NCBI GenBank assembly: GCA_030390025.1
Contig: CM059432.1
Location: 109,370,001-109,434,000 of the forward strand
Direction of reading: 5' to 3'
DNA: 64,000 nt
From: Squalus acanthias
Lineage: Eukaryota
The notes beneath the pieces were generated by a model, which worked only from the letters and a program-made list of their open reading frames with translations, did not search any database and had not been told where the DNA came from. Within the stretch, counting starts at the first letter, position 1. Every line of letters begins with the position of its first letter. The position numbers and the translations under genes were made by a program. Shown piece by piece: positions 48,967 through 61,041 of this stretch.

Positions 48967-50138
48967 CTTTGCTGAACTCCGACTGCTCCCACCTTTTCTT
49001 GTTTAATAGCCTTTCCTCGCTCTCCTTCTGTTCCATCTATCTGACAAGCCCATTTAACTACCGCATCGTAAGTGTCAGCCGCAACTACCCCCATTTTTAG
49101 TATCTTTTGGTGTTCTGAGGACAGACCATCTTTGTACATTTTTACAAATACCGGGTCGTCCCTTTGGGGGTTTTCCTGTCCCGAGGATTCCTGATATTGG
49201 TACCAGAGCCGTTCTCCATACGAATTTGAATTTTCTCCCTTCTTCTGTTGTATCTGCATTATTAAACCCCAATTTGGTGATGCAGCCCCCATCGTTTCCT
49301 GGACCCCTCTCTTGAACTCACTCCTCATTGTGTCCCGATTGGCTTGGGTTTCACCTGCTGTTGGACACCAAGTGCCATTTCGGAAATTATCTGGTAATGC
49401 ATTCCACTTGTCCCTTGGGCACTTGGCACGAACTATCTGGTGGACATCCCTTTCATGCATATTATGTATATCATATAATTCTTCCAATTTTTCCCAAAAT
49501 TCTACATTTCGTTTTCTTGTCTGTAATGTTCCCAAATCTTGATTTATCATTTGTTTTTCGGCGGGGGTAAATGCCTGATACCTAACTCTTGCAGTGCGAG
49601 GACTACCTCCCACAGTCCGTATTACGGGTGCTGCCTTTTTAGTGATTATCTTTTCATCTTCGTCATCCCCTTCGTTAAAATTATCTGCCGGGGGTGCCGA
49701 AGCTGATCCGGCATATGGGTGGGGTATGTCATCTTCCTCACCATATCTTCCAACCCCCGCGCCAGTACTCAAGCCTGCCTGTTGTTCATTCCAGCGTTCA
49801 CTTTTATCCATTCTATATCCATCCTTTAATTTCTGTCCTGTTCTTAAGTATTCATTCTCCTGTTGTAGCTCTAAGATTTTCTCGTTGTGTCTCATCAAAC
49901 CCACATGTAGATCTCGTACCTTCCTGGTCACTACGACCAGTTGGTGTACCAAGATCACTCCTGCTTTCTTAATCCTTTTCTGTTTCTGTCTCATCCACCA
50001 ATCCCTCTGAGTGACAGGTGACTGGAACGGATCCCATCCGTTGTTAATCATCTTTTCCACCATACCCTTCCGTTCATCTGCATAGAACCTAGTAAGGGAC
50101 CCTTCTGGCCCCCAGTCTAGTCCTTTCCCCGATGCCAT
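48900..50138 (-). CDS. gag: Gag, open 412-codon ORF; last ~22 aa are out-of-frame RT sequence after a deletion
   Basis: Position; coiled-coil segment; ASAPP; major-homology-like IQQKKGENSNSYGERL. Confidence 0.85.
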   Translation of the reverse strand: MASGKGLDWGPEGSLTRFYADERKGMVEKMINNGWDPFQSPVTQRDWWMRQKQKRIKKAGVILVHQLVVVTRKVRDLHVGLMRHNEKILELQQENEYLRTGQKLKDGYRMDKSERWNEQQAGLSTGAGVGRYGEEDDIPHPYAGSASAPPADNFNEGDDEDEKIITKKAAPVIRTVGGSPRTARVRYQAFTPAEKQMINQDLGTLQTRKRNVEFWEKLEELYDIHNMHERDVHQIVRAKCPRDKWNALPDNFRNGTWCPTAGETQANRDTMRSEFKRGVQETMGAASPNWGLIMQIQQKKGENSNSYGERLWYQYQESSGQENPQRDDPVFVKMYKDGLSSEHQKILKMGVVAADTYDAVVKWACQIDGTEGERGKAIKQEKVGAVGVQQRNYSIGHSQRILVHALGPGVPE

Positions 50139-50406
50139 CTATAGTCCGACATCAGTCCTCCACTGCGTTCCTCTAATCGGGCTGGTCTAGGAAACCTAGT
50201 CTGACTTCAGTCTTACCCTACTTCTGCTGTGTCTCGCTAGGCGACAGAGTCTCCTTCGAATAAAAAGTTTGTGACACTTTGGTTACTCAATCACACCTCT
50301 GACTTTGCCTCCCGGAGTGCTTTGGAGCCTCTACGCCTACTTTATGGTCCTGGCCTTCACGTGGGGCATTTGCCCTCTTAATAACCGGCCTGAGGCTAGG
50401 CGTATG

Positions 50407-52143
50407 AGACATAGAAACATAGAAGATAGGAGCAGGAGTAGGCCATTCGGCCCCTCGAGCCTGCTCCGCCATTCGATGAGATCATGGCTGATCATCTAAA
50501 CTCAGTACCCTGTACCTGCCTTCTCCCCATGTCCCTTGATACCTTTAGCTTTAAGAAATATATCTAACTCATCCTTGAATATATTTAATGACTTCGCCTC
50601 AACTACCTTCTGTGGTAGAGAATTCCACAGGTTCACCACTCTCTGGGTGAAGAAATTCTTCCTCATTTCTGTCCTAAATGGTTTACCCGTTATCCGTAGA
50701 TTATGACCCCTGGTTCTGGACTCTCCGACCATCGGGAACATTCTTCCTGCATCTAGTTTGTCCAGACCTGTCAGAATTTTATATGTTTCGATGAGATCCC
50801 CTCTCATTCTTCTATACTCCAGTGAGTATAAGCCCAATTGACCCAATCTCTCCTCATATGTCATTCCTGCCATCCCAGGCATCAGCCTTGTGAATCTTCG
50901 CTGAACTCCTTCCATGGCAAGAACATACTTCCTCAGATAAGGCGACCAAAACTGCACACAGTACTCAAGGTGTGGTCTCACCAAGGCCCTGTACAACTGC
51001 AGCAGGACATCCCTGTTCCTATACTCAAACCCTTTCGCTATGAAGGCCTACATACCATTTGCCTTCTTCACCGCCTGCTGCACCTGCATGCTTACTTTCA
51101 GCGACTGGTGCACAAGGACACCCAGGTCTCGTTGCACTTCCCCTTCTCCCAATCTATTGCCATTCAGATAATAGTCTGCCTTTCTGTTTTTGACACCAAA
51201 GTGGATAACCTTGCACTTATCCACGTTATATTGCATCTGCCACGCTTCTGCCCACTCACCCAACCTGTCCAGATCATCCTGGAGTTTCTCGCTATCCTCC
51301 TCGCTGCACACACTCCCACCCAGCTTTGTGTCATCTGCAAACTTGGAGATATTACATTTAATTCCCTTATCTAGATCATTAATTTATATTGTGAATAGCT
51401 GGGGTCCAAGGACCGATCCCTGCGGTACCCCACTAGTCACTGCTTGCCACTCGGAAAAAGACCCATTAATTCCTACTCTCTGCTTTCTGTCCGCCAACCA
51501 GTTCTCTATCCAAGTCAATACCTTGCCCCCAATCCCATGTGCCTTAACTTTACCCGCTAATCTCTTATGCGGGACCTTATCGAAAGCCTTTTGAAAGTCC
51601 AAATACACCACATCTACTGGTTCTCCCTTATCTATTTTCCCAGTTACATCCTCAAAAAATTCCAGTAGATTAGTCAAGCACGATTTACCTTTTGTAAATC
51701 CATGTTGACTTTGTCCGATCCTGTCACTGTTTTTCAAATGCTCAGCTATTACATCCTTTATAATGGACTCTAGCATTTTCCCCACTACCGATGTCAGGCT
51801 GTAATTCCCCGCTTTCTCTCTACCACCCTTTTTGAATAGTGGGGTAACATTAGCTACCCTCCAATCCATGGGTACAGTTCCAGATTCCATCGAATGTTGG
51901 AAGATGATCAGCAATGCATCTACTATTTCTACGGCCACTTCCTTAAGTACCCTAGGATGTAGATTATCAGGCCCTGGGGATTTATCGGCCTTCAATACCG
52001 TCAATTTCCCTAACGCCATTTCCCTGCAAATACTGATTTCTTTCAGTTCCTCCCTTTCATCAGACCGTATGTTCTCCAACATCTCTGGGAGGTTATTTGT
52101 GTCCTCCTTTGTGAAGACAGAACCAAAATATGCACTTAATTGG
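50407..52143 (-). mobile_element. CR1 fragment inserted in the ERV leader
   Basis: RT ORFs 50502..50996, 51048..51311, 51384..52082; (CATAGAAA) tail. Confidence 0.93.
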
Positions 52144-52479
52144 GCTGTTGTCCGCTGGGCTTAATCAGGTCTTACCCTTCTCGGCATATATCGCTACAAC
52201 AGTTCTGCCTTAATTACTTTATATCATTCAAATGTCCTCAAACTGTGTACTCTTACTTTCATTCAATCCACAGTCACCATTTACTCACTTTCTCACTTTC
52301 TCTCTCTCTCTCTCTCTCACATCTACTTACTGTGTGTTTTTCACTTCTCACAGTTCTTTCTCATTCGGAATGCTACGATGCTGTTACTCCGCGTTCCCAG
52401 ATGACACAATTTTTGGACGGTCAAAATTTTGACTGCTTGTCCGAGTTCACTGGTACAAACAGTTTTTCAGCCTCGCAGC

Positions 52480-52497
52480 ACCCTGCTCGCAGCGCCA
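52480..52497 (-). promoter_or_regulatory. Primer-binding site, tRNA-Ser type
   Basis: TGGCGCTGCGAGCAGGGT 3 nt after the 5' LTR; close complement of vertebrate tRNA-Ser(UGA/CGA) 3' ends as recalled. Confidence 0.8.
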
Positions 52498-52500
52498 AAT

Positions 52501-53040
52501 TGTTGGGGAGAAAATTAGATTCTCAGAGACTGTAAAGTCCAAAAACACACAGTTTATTGACAAAGTACTTTGGGAGCAGGAGTCAAAGGTCCCGTGACCT
52601 AATGTAACATCCTCCTCGTTTAACCTTTGGTCAGTACAGCTTATATTCAATATTTCTGGCTACATGCCATCATACATCGATTTTTGTCCAATTATATGGT
52701 ATTACATTAATCACCTGATTATATTTTGCCTTTATCTATATTTATTTGGCAACAATCATAAAAGCAGTTACATCTTGTTACGCTTTTTTGAGCATGGTCT
52801 AATCCCACAGTTTACTACTGTATGTTATCTGTGATTGGCACCGTGCCTACGGTTTCGAGCTAACTTTGTAAAAGGCCTCTTTCAATACCGTTTATTAAAC
52901 ACCGAACCCTCCCTCAAAAATCTGTCTGGCAGCTGTAATTATATCTATTCCTTATCTTGTTTTGCAAAACCTTCACTGCACATGGTTTTATTGCAAATTG
53001 TGTAGAAATTGAATTTGACCATTTCAAATTAACTCTTTCA
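52501..53040 (-). repeat. 5' LTR
   Basis: Direct repeat of 44476-45015. Confidence 0.97.
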
Positions 53041-53178
53041 TAGACCAATTAAATACATACTTTGGTTCTGTCTTCACAAAGGAGGGCAGAAATAACCTCT
53101 CAGAGATGTCAGGGAACATAGGGAAATGGTGTTAGGGAAATTGACGGGATTGAAGGCTGATAAATCCCCAGGGCCTGA

Positions 53179-54725
53179 TAAGAACATAAGAACATAAGAA
53201 ATAGGAGCAGGAGTAGGCCAATCGGCCCCTCGAGCCTGCTCCACCATTCAATGAGATCATGGCTGATCTGATCCATCCTCAACTCTAAAGAACACAAGAA
53301 GCAGGAGCAGGACCCGGCCACTCAGCCCCTGGGCCCGCTCCGCCACCCACAGGGCCTTGACCGATCCGAACTCAAACTCATGTCCAATTTCCAGCCCGCT
53401 CCCCGTAACTCCTGATTCCCTTTACTTCTAGGAAACGGTCTATTTCTGTTTTAAATTTATTTAATGAAGTAGCTTCCACAGCTTCCTGGGGTAGCAAATT
53501 CCACAGATCCACTACCCTCTGAGTGAAAAAGTTTCTCCTCATCTCAGTTTTGAAAGAGCAGCCCCTTATTCTAAGATTATGTCCCCTAGTTCTAGTCTCA
53601 CCCATCACTGGGAACATCCTGACCGCGTCCACCCGATCAAGCCCCTTCACAATCTTACATGTTTCAATAAGATCGCCTCTCATTCTTCTGAACTCCAATG
53701 AGTAGAGTTCCAATCTACTCAACCTCTCCTCGTACGTCCACCCCCTCATCCCTGGAATTAACCGAGTGAACCTTCTTTGTACTGCCTCGAGAGCAAGTAT
53801 GTCTTTTCTTAAGTATGGACACCAAAACTGTATGCAGTACTCCAGGTGCGGTCTCACCAATACCCTATACAACTGCAGCAATACCTCCCTGTTTTTATAT
53901 TCTATCCCCCTAGCAATAAAAGCCAACATTCCATTGGCTCTCTTGATCACCTGCTGCACCTGCATACTAACTTTTTGATTTTCTTGCACCAAGACCCCCA
54001 GATCCCTTTGTACTGCAGTACTGTCCAGTTTCTCGCCATTAAGATAATAACTTGCTCTCTGATTTTTCCTGCCAAAGTGCATAACCTCACATTTTCCAGT
54101 ATTGTATTGCATCTGCCAAATCTCTGCCCACTCACCCAGCCTGTCTATATCCCCTTGTAGGTTTTTTATGTCCTCCTCACTCTCTACTTTCCCTCCCATC
54201 TTTGTATCATCTGCAAACTTTGATATGTTACACTCGGTCCCCTCCTCCAAATCGTTAATATAGATTGTAAAGAGTTGGGGACCCAGCACCGACCCCTGCG
54301 GAACACCACTGGCTACTGGTTGCCAGTCCGAGAATGAACCATTTATCCCAACTCTCTGCTTCCTGTTAGATAACCAATCCTCCACCCATGCCAGAATATT
54401 ACCCCCAATCCACTGAATTTTTATCTTGAGTAATCTTTTATGTGGCACCTTGTCGAATGCCTTCTGGAAGACTAAATACACTACATCCACTGGTTCCCCT
54501 TTATCCACCCTGTACGTTATGTCCTCAAAGAACTCGAGCAAATTTGTCAGACATGACTTCCCCTTCATAAAGCCATGCTGACTTTGTCCTATTAAATTAT
54601 GTTTATCTAAATGTTCCGTTACTGTCTCCTTAATAATAGACTCCAAAATTTTACCCACCACAGATGTTAGGCTAACTGGTCTATAATTTCCAGCCTTCTG
54701 CCTACAACCGTTTTAAATAAGGGTG
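53179..54725 (-). mobile_element. CR1 (doubled-tail subfamily) inserted antisense into the host CR1
   Basis: ORF 53378..54661 (427 aa RT); TGATAA on both flanks. Confidence 0.93.
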
Positions 54726-56281
54726 ATAATCTATATCGTAGGTACTTAAGGAAATGACCCTAGAAATAGTAGATGCATTGCTGGTCATCTTTCAAAATTC
54801 TATAGACTCTGGAACAGTTCCCATGGATTGGAGGGTATCTAATGTAACCCCACTATTTTAAAAAGGTGGTAGAGAAAAAACGGGGAATTATAGACTGGTA
54901 AGCCTGACATCGGTAGTGGGCAAAATGCTAGAGTCCATTATAAAAGATGTAATAGCAGAGCACTTGGAAAACAGTGACAGGATCGGACAAAGTCAACATG
55001 GATTTACAAAAGGGAAATCATGCCTGACTTATCTACTGGAATTTTTTGAGGATGTAACTGGTAGAATAGATAAGGGAGAACCAGTAGATGTGGTGTATTT
55101 GGACTTTCAGAAGGCTTTCGATAAGGTCCCGCATAAGAGATTAGCGTGCAAAGTTAAAGCACATGGGATTGGGGGTAAGGTACTGATTTGGATAGAGAAC
55201 TGGTTGGCAGACAGGAAGTAAAGAGTTGGAATAAACGGGTCTTTTTCCGAGTGGCAGGGTACCGCAGGGATCGGTGCTAGGACCCCAGTTATTCACAATA
55301 TATATATATGATCTAGACGAGGGAACTAGATGTAATATCTCTAACTTTGCAGACAACACAAAGCTGGGTGGGCGTGTGTGCTGTGAGGAAGATGCAGAGA
55401 AACTCCAGTATGATTTGGACAGGTTGGGTGTTTGGGCAGATGCATGGCAGATGCAGTATAATGTGGATAAATGCGAGGTTATCCACTTTGGTGGCAAAAA
55501 CAGGAAGACAGATTATTATCTGAATGGCAATAGATTGGGAAAAGGGGAAGTGCAACGAGATCTGGGAGTCCTTGTGCACCAGTCGCTGAAGGTAAGCATG
55601 CAGGTGCAGCAGGCAGTTAAGAAGGCAAATGGTATGTTGGCCTTCATAGCGAGAGGATTTGAGTACAGAAGCAAGGATGTCTTGCTGCAGTTGTACAAGG
55701 CCTTGGTGAGACCACACCTTGAGTATTGTGTGCAGTTTTGGTCGCCTTATCTGAGGAAGGATGTTCTTGCCATGGAGGGAGTGCAGCGAAGATTTACCAG
55801 ACTTATACCTGGGATGGCAGGAATGATGTATGAAGAGAGATTGGGCCGATTGGGCCTGTATTCGCTAGAGTTTAGAAGAATGAGAGGGGATCTCATTGAA
55901 ACTTATAAAATTCTAACAGGACTAGACGGACTAGATGCAGGAAGGATGTTCCCGATGGCGGGGGAGTCCAGAACCAGAGGTCACAGTCTAAGGATAAGGG
56001 GTAAACCATTTAGGACTGAGATAAGGAGGAATTTCTTCACCCAGAGAGTGGTGAACCTGTGGAATTCTCTACCACAGAAGGCAGTTGAGGCCAATTCATT
56101 AAATATATTCAAGAAGGAGATAGATATATTTCTTAAGGCTAAAGGGATCAAGGGATATGGGGAGAAAGCAGGGACAGGGTACTGAATTTGGATGATCAGC
56201 CATGATCTCATTAAAAGGCAGAGCAGCTCCAGGGGCTGAATGGCCTGCTCCTGCTCCTATCTTCTATGCTTCTATGCTTCT

Positions 56282-56630
56282 AAATATGACACCAAGGTTG
56301 CGAACAGTCTGGTTCAGCCTCAGAGAAATATTAGGGAGAGGTATGGAGTCAATGGCTAAGGAACGGAGTTTGTGGCGGTGACCGAAAACAATGACTTCGA
56401 TCTTCCCAATATTTAATTGAAGAAAATTTCTGCTCATCCAGAACTGGATGTCGGACAAGCAGTCTGACAATTTAGAGACCGTGCAGAGGTCGAGAGAAGT
56501 GGTGGTGAGGTAGAGCTGTGTGTCCAGTGTACTTGTGGAAACTGACACTGTGTTTTCAGACGATGTCACCAAGGGGCAGCATGTAGATGAGAAATAGGAG
56601 GGGGCCAACGATAGATCCTTGGGGGACATT
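56282..56630 (-). mobile_element. L2 LINE, upstream continuation
   Basis: DTQLY, WMSRNFLQLN, VRNLGVIF; joins 37429 (GVIF|DPE). Confidence 0.88.
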
Positions 56631-56631
56631 A

Positions 56632-59600
56632 GGCCAGAAATTGATAGGTTTATAATGACGAATTAACAGTGCCCGCCATTATTAATTTGTAAAATCTCCA
56701 GCAATTTGCAGCGTAAAATAGTTCCAATTCTCCACAAATTGCTCTGCCGATAACTTCACCAAAACCAATAAAGTGACTTTCTCGCCGTGAGGCTCCGCAT
56801 TGAAGTTTACTTTGATCATGAAATTGCTGGATTTACAACGTTAATGCAAATTATTTCTGCTGCAGCCATTTAGGGCTGGTAATTCATGTCATAGGGAATA
56901 TCCTGTCAATTGCATGATTTATGGTCCTCACAAGGCACTCAACCTTGGAGGCCTAGAAAGACAACAGTGATGCTGTGGATTCTCTCTCCAGCAGGTAGTG
57001 AATTGTTCCTAAATGTTTTTATGCCCTATATCTGTCTCGTCAACCTCTTTGTGATATCCCTTGCCAGTGTTGGAAGGTAATCATTTTCAGGACACAAACC
57101 TATTTTGACACTCAGAAGAGGGTGAAAGCAGTGAACTGGCTTATCCACTTGGTGTTGCACTGTTCCGGATGTTAATGGACTATCTGGAAGAGAAGCATAG
57201 AGAGCAAGCCCATTGGGTGAGGTACCCTGACCAGAGCCTGACTAGAACTAACTATTACCCCCGCCGTGCACCCCCCCACCTCGCGCCACCTCGCCACACT
57301 TGCCCCACAGAGAGTCGACAGGAAGAGAATGTCCTTCAAGACAATGTCTGCGGAGCTCTGTGCGCAAAGGCTGCCTTTCAGCAATGAGGCAATTGGCCAC
57401 CTTTGTGACATCATAAAAGAGGAGCTGCATCCATGGTCTACCTGCAGCAGGGCCTTGTCGGTGGCCATGAAGGTGATGACAGCCCTCATTTTCTATGCAT
57501 GCGGTTCCTTACAGGTGCCTACCCAATCCCCTGCCACCCCACCACCCCCCGCCCCCACCACCACCCCGCACAACCGTCCAAGACTCCACCAGCAGAAGTG
57601 AGGTGGACCAGGAAGCCCTGAATGGCCGTTTAATGATTCCCCATTGTGCTGCAAACAAAATGAAGGACAGGCAAAATCCTTTGACAACAGCTGTAAATGT
57701 AGATTTGTTCAAAAGTATAATTTTTTTTCAAAGTATCAAACTTGCAAATGATTTCTAATAAGATTATTAACAACACTTGTGAATGTAAACATATTAAACA
57801 TTATAAAAATTTTTCAAAGTATCAAAAATTGCAAATGACTTCTCACAGAATTATTTAACAGTGGCAACAACAGCAACAACATCAAGTGTAATAAATAACA
57901 CACCAACAATAGAACAACAACAATAGTAACAAAGGTAACAAGAAGAACAATAATCGAAACCTGTGAAACTATTTACAGAGTTGTACAGTTGCACCCTTAA
58001 AGGTGTGCCTGAGGGTCAATGTGGGTGAAGCTGAATGGGAGGAGGTGGACTCTGTACGAGAGGGGTACCCTATTCCCTCCTATGCCTCGCCCCTCCACCT
58101 GCACAAGCCTTTGTGCAAAGGGCACGGCCTCTGTGTCCAGCTTGTCGGTCAGGACCAGGGATCAGAGAGTTAGGTTCCTGATGTTGCTCCGAGGGGATGT
58201 GGGGAACAGCTGAGCTGTGACTACTGGCAGCTGCCTCCTGTGGAGGAACAGCTGCTGGCTGCATCACTCGAGGATCATCTTCAGCAACCGGGTCCTGCAA
58301 GGCCTGTGCGTCTGGCACTAAGCCTGGGGGTGGAAGGAAGTGGCTTTGGGAACTGCTGCCTTCCTGCTGGTCAGCAGCATGGCCCTGGACTGTCTCCGCA
58401 GCAGTTGATGCTGCAAGCGGCGAGACGGGTGTCAGCTGTACTTGCTGCAATTAAGTCAATTGCCCACACAAGCTGGCAAAAATTGTGCAGCTTCTGCCCC
58501 ACTGTCTGATTAAGGAGCATCATGTTGAGGTCAATAGTCCCAGAAATTGCAGATAACTGCGATGCTCCTCAATAACTTCCTTCTCGTTCTTGGACCCCTG
58601 TCGTCCTCCTCCCAGTCGTCCTCATGCTGGGCACAACGTCTACCCCGTATTACCGGGGACCGGGACGCATCTCCCCCATCATCCAGTGGTCCCTCACCCC
58701 ACAACAGGTAGGACCCAGACTGCAATTCCCCTCTGAAGGGCCCCGCGGCAGCAGCTTTGCGGGTGCCTGTGAGAGGTGGGGCGTGTGTGTCTCACCCAGA
58801 GCCAGAGGGGCCAGGAGTTGGAGAGGACAGTGGACTTCCAGGGAAGGTGCAGGGAAGTTGGTCGCGGTCAAGCATCTCCCCCGCATCAGCACCATCATGC
58901 AATGAAGCCCCGTCTGCATCGGCCAGGAGTTTTATAACAGCCGGCAGCGGCGAGGAGGAGGCAGGAGGTCACTTCTGTGCTGGTATGATTTAAAGGAGTT
59001 GGCTCAAGCTGCAGTGTCTGTTAAGTTTAAACAGATGTCACCAAGGGTCCAGGCTCTATGAGCCCACCTCGAATGCAGTTTTCATTACAGCGAGTGCCAA
59101 GGCAACTTCACCTGCCCTCCCGCCAGGGCACCTCTTCCTCCTCTTGGTATCCCTCCATTCCTCCTCCCCCTCTCAGTCACTTCCTCAGTGCCCTCTGCAG
59201 CCTTTCACTCAGTTCCCTCTGCAGCTCGACTCAGTTCCCTCTGCAGCCTTTGCCTCAGTGCCCTCTGCAGCCTTTCACTCAGTTCCCTCTGCAGCCTTTG
59301 CCTCAGTGCCCTCTGCAGCTTTTGCCTCAGTGCCCTCTGCAGCTCGATTCAGTGCCCTCTGCAGCTTTTGCCTCAGTGCCCTCTGCAGCTCGATTCAGTG
59401 CCCTCTGCAGCTCGACTCAGTGCCCTCTGCAGCCTTTCACTCAGTTCCCTCTGCAGCTCGACTCAGTGCCCTCTGCAGCCTTTCACTCAGTTCCCTCTGC
59501 AGCTCGACTCAGTTCCCTCTGCAGCTCGACTCAGTTCCCTCTGCAGCCTTTGCCTCAGTGCCCTCTGCAGCCTTTCACTCAGTTCCCTCTGCAGCCTTTG

Positions 59601-60818
59601 CCTCAGTGCCCTCTGCAGCCTTTGCCTCAGTGCCCTCTGCAGCCTTTGCCTCAGTGCCCTCTGCAGCCTTTGCCTCAGTGCCCTCTGCAGCCTTTGCCTC
59701 AGTGCCCTCTGCAGCCTTTGCCTCAGTGCCCTCTGCAGCTCGATTCAGTGCCCTCTGCAGCTCGACTCAGTGCCCTCTGCAGCTCGACTCAGTGCCCTCT
59801 GCAGCTCGACTCAGTTCCCTCTGCAGCTCGACTCAGTGCCCTCTGCAGCCTTTGCCTCAGTGCCCTCTGCAGCCCTGCCGCAGGTTGTCGTGGACCTATG
59901 GGAAGGAAGAACAAAATGTTACAAAGGTGAAACGTTACAAACCATTCATTTGCAACATCACAAAACTTTTATCTTCACATTCAATGTACAACACGGATAA
60001 AGGCACTTTGCCTCATGCTGCCTATGTCAGTGCTCAGACACTTTGCGAGCATCCCCCACTCTAATTTACTTTCCCCCCCTGCAGTAACAAACATGCAGCC
60101 CATGGAACACATGCAATTCACAAATCCCAGATGTTCCTCCTTGCTGTCTCATCGTTGGGTGAACAAGAGGATATGACACTTACCTTGCCATGCCAGTACG
60201 GCTCTAACATCTGCTCAAGCCACAGTTGCCGCATTATGGATACCTTGTGGCTGCAGGGCCCTGTCCTCCTTCAGGATGGGGGTACCCCCACCCATCTGTG
60301 CCTGCTCTCACACATTGTACACCATCTTGCCCTGCGTGGAGAAAACAAACACCATCACATGCTTACTGTGAGAGGTGATCTTTTAATGCGTTCAAATATT
60401 CTCTTTCTTCAGCAGAAGTAAAGCTGTGAAATGAATCACTTTGGAAAGGCTGTCTTCCATGGCAACTGACTTTTATACTTTACTTGCCTTTAAGTTCAGC
60501 CTTGATCAAACAATTAATAAATCAAATAACCTTCCTCCACTGTAAATAGCAGACTGGAGATTTATGAATTGAGGCTCTGAGTATCCCTACCTTGCCTGCC
60601 CTGGTCAGGTCATTGTACTTTTTTACGACACTGGTCTGCCATGCATTGTATTGTTGAGTTTGCAGTGAGGGTCTCGGCCACCTCCATCCACACCACCATG
60701 CTGATCTTCCTAAGAGCCCTCACCATTGCAGTCACCAGCAGCCACTCACACCTCCTCTCCATTTCATCCAGGAGGGCCACAGGTCCTCATCCACAAAGTT
60801 CTGTGACCTCTTCTTCAG
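56632..60818. mobile_element. Old decayed Harbinger element (transposase remnant +, Myb remnants -)
   Basis: Starts GGCCAGAAATT; 57266..57520 ALSVAMKVMTALIFYACGSLQ; minus 60590-60810 QCRKK.NDLTRAGK|gta. Confidence 0.7.
59172..59873. repeat. 22/24-bp minisatellite
   Basis: CTCAGTGCCCTCTGCAGCCTTTGC and CTCAGTKCCCTCTGCAGCTCGA variants, ~30 units. Confidence 0.96.
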
Positions 60819-61041
60819 CCGTGGCTCAGTGGGTTCAAGTCCCACTCCAGAGACGTGGACACAAATTCTAGGCTTACACTTCAGTGCAGTACTGAGGGAG
60901 TGCTGCACTGTCAGAGGTGCCATCTTTCAGATGAGATGTTGAACCAAGGCCGTGTCTGCCCTCTCAGGTGGCCGTAAAAGATCCCATGGCACTCTTTTGA
61001 AGAAGAGCTGGGGAGTTCTCCCTGGTGTCCTGACCAATATT
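60819..61041 (+). mobile_element. SacSINE1/DeuSINE-like SINE, partial, A-to-B-box spacer deleted
   Basis: GTGGCTCAGTGGGTTCAAGTCCC then the same core as 5722-6345. Confidence 0.85.

Larger units (their letters stand above)
44476..53040 (-). mobile_element. Endogenous retrovirus provirus (clade III/spuma-related pol, gamma-type env), internally deleted
   Basis: Paired 540-bp LTRs, TSD TAGAC, PBS, PPT, gag-pol-env order. Confidence 0.96.
37430..56281 (+). mobile_element. Near full-length CR1 (ORF1 SGNH esterase, ORF2 APE-RT) fragmented by five nested insertions
   Basis: ORF1 GDSIVRG, CLPGA, HIGT, DGLHL (37493-38206); APE 42601-43109; RT 54916-56185; tail at 56260-56281. Confidence 0.9.

Noticed and set aside
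44476..53040. Lokiretrovirus, true foamy virus or Gypsy element
   Set aside because: Env is gamma-type (ISD, CX6CC), LTRs are short, PBS is Ser-type, no accessory region after env, and pol has a retroviral tether plus RNase H.
53287..53378. One-off ADAR hyper-editing of this CR1 copy
   Set aside because: The same divergent module occurs at 13332, so it is a subfamily trait.
59058..60064. Three overlapping 270-306 aa ORFs
   Set aside because: Stop-free minisatellite in all frames; no domain.
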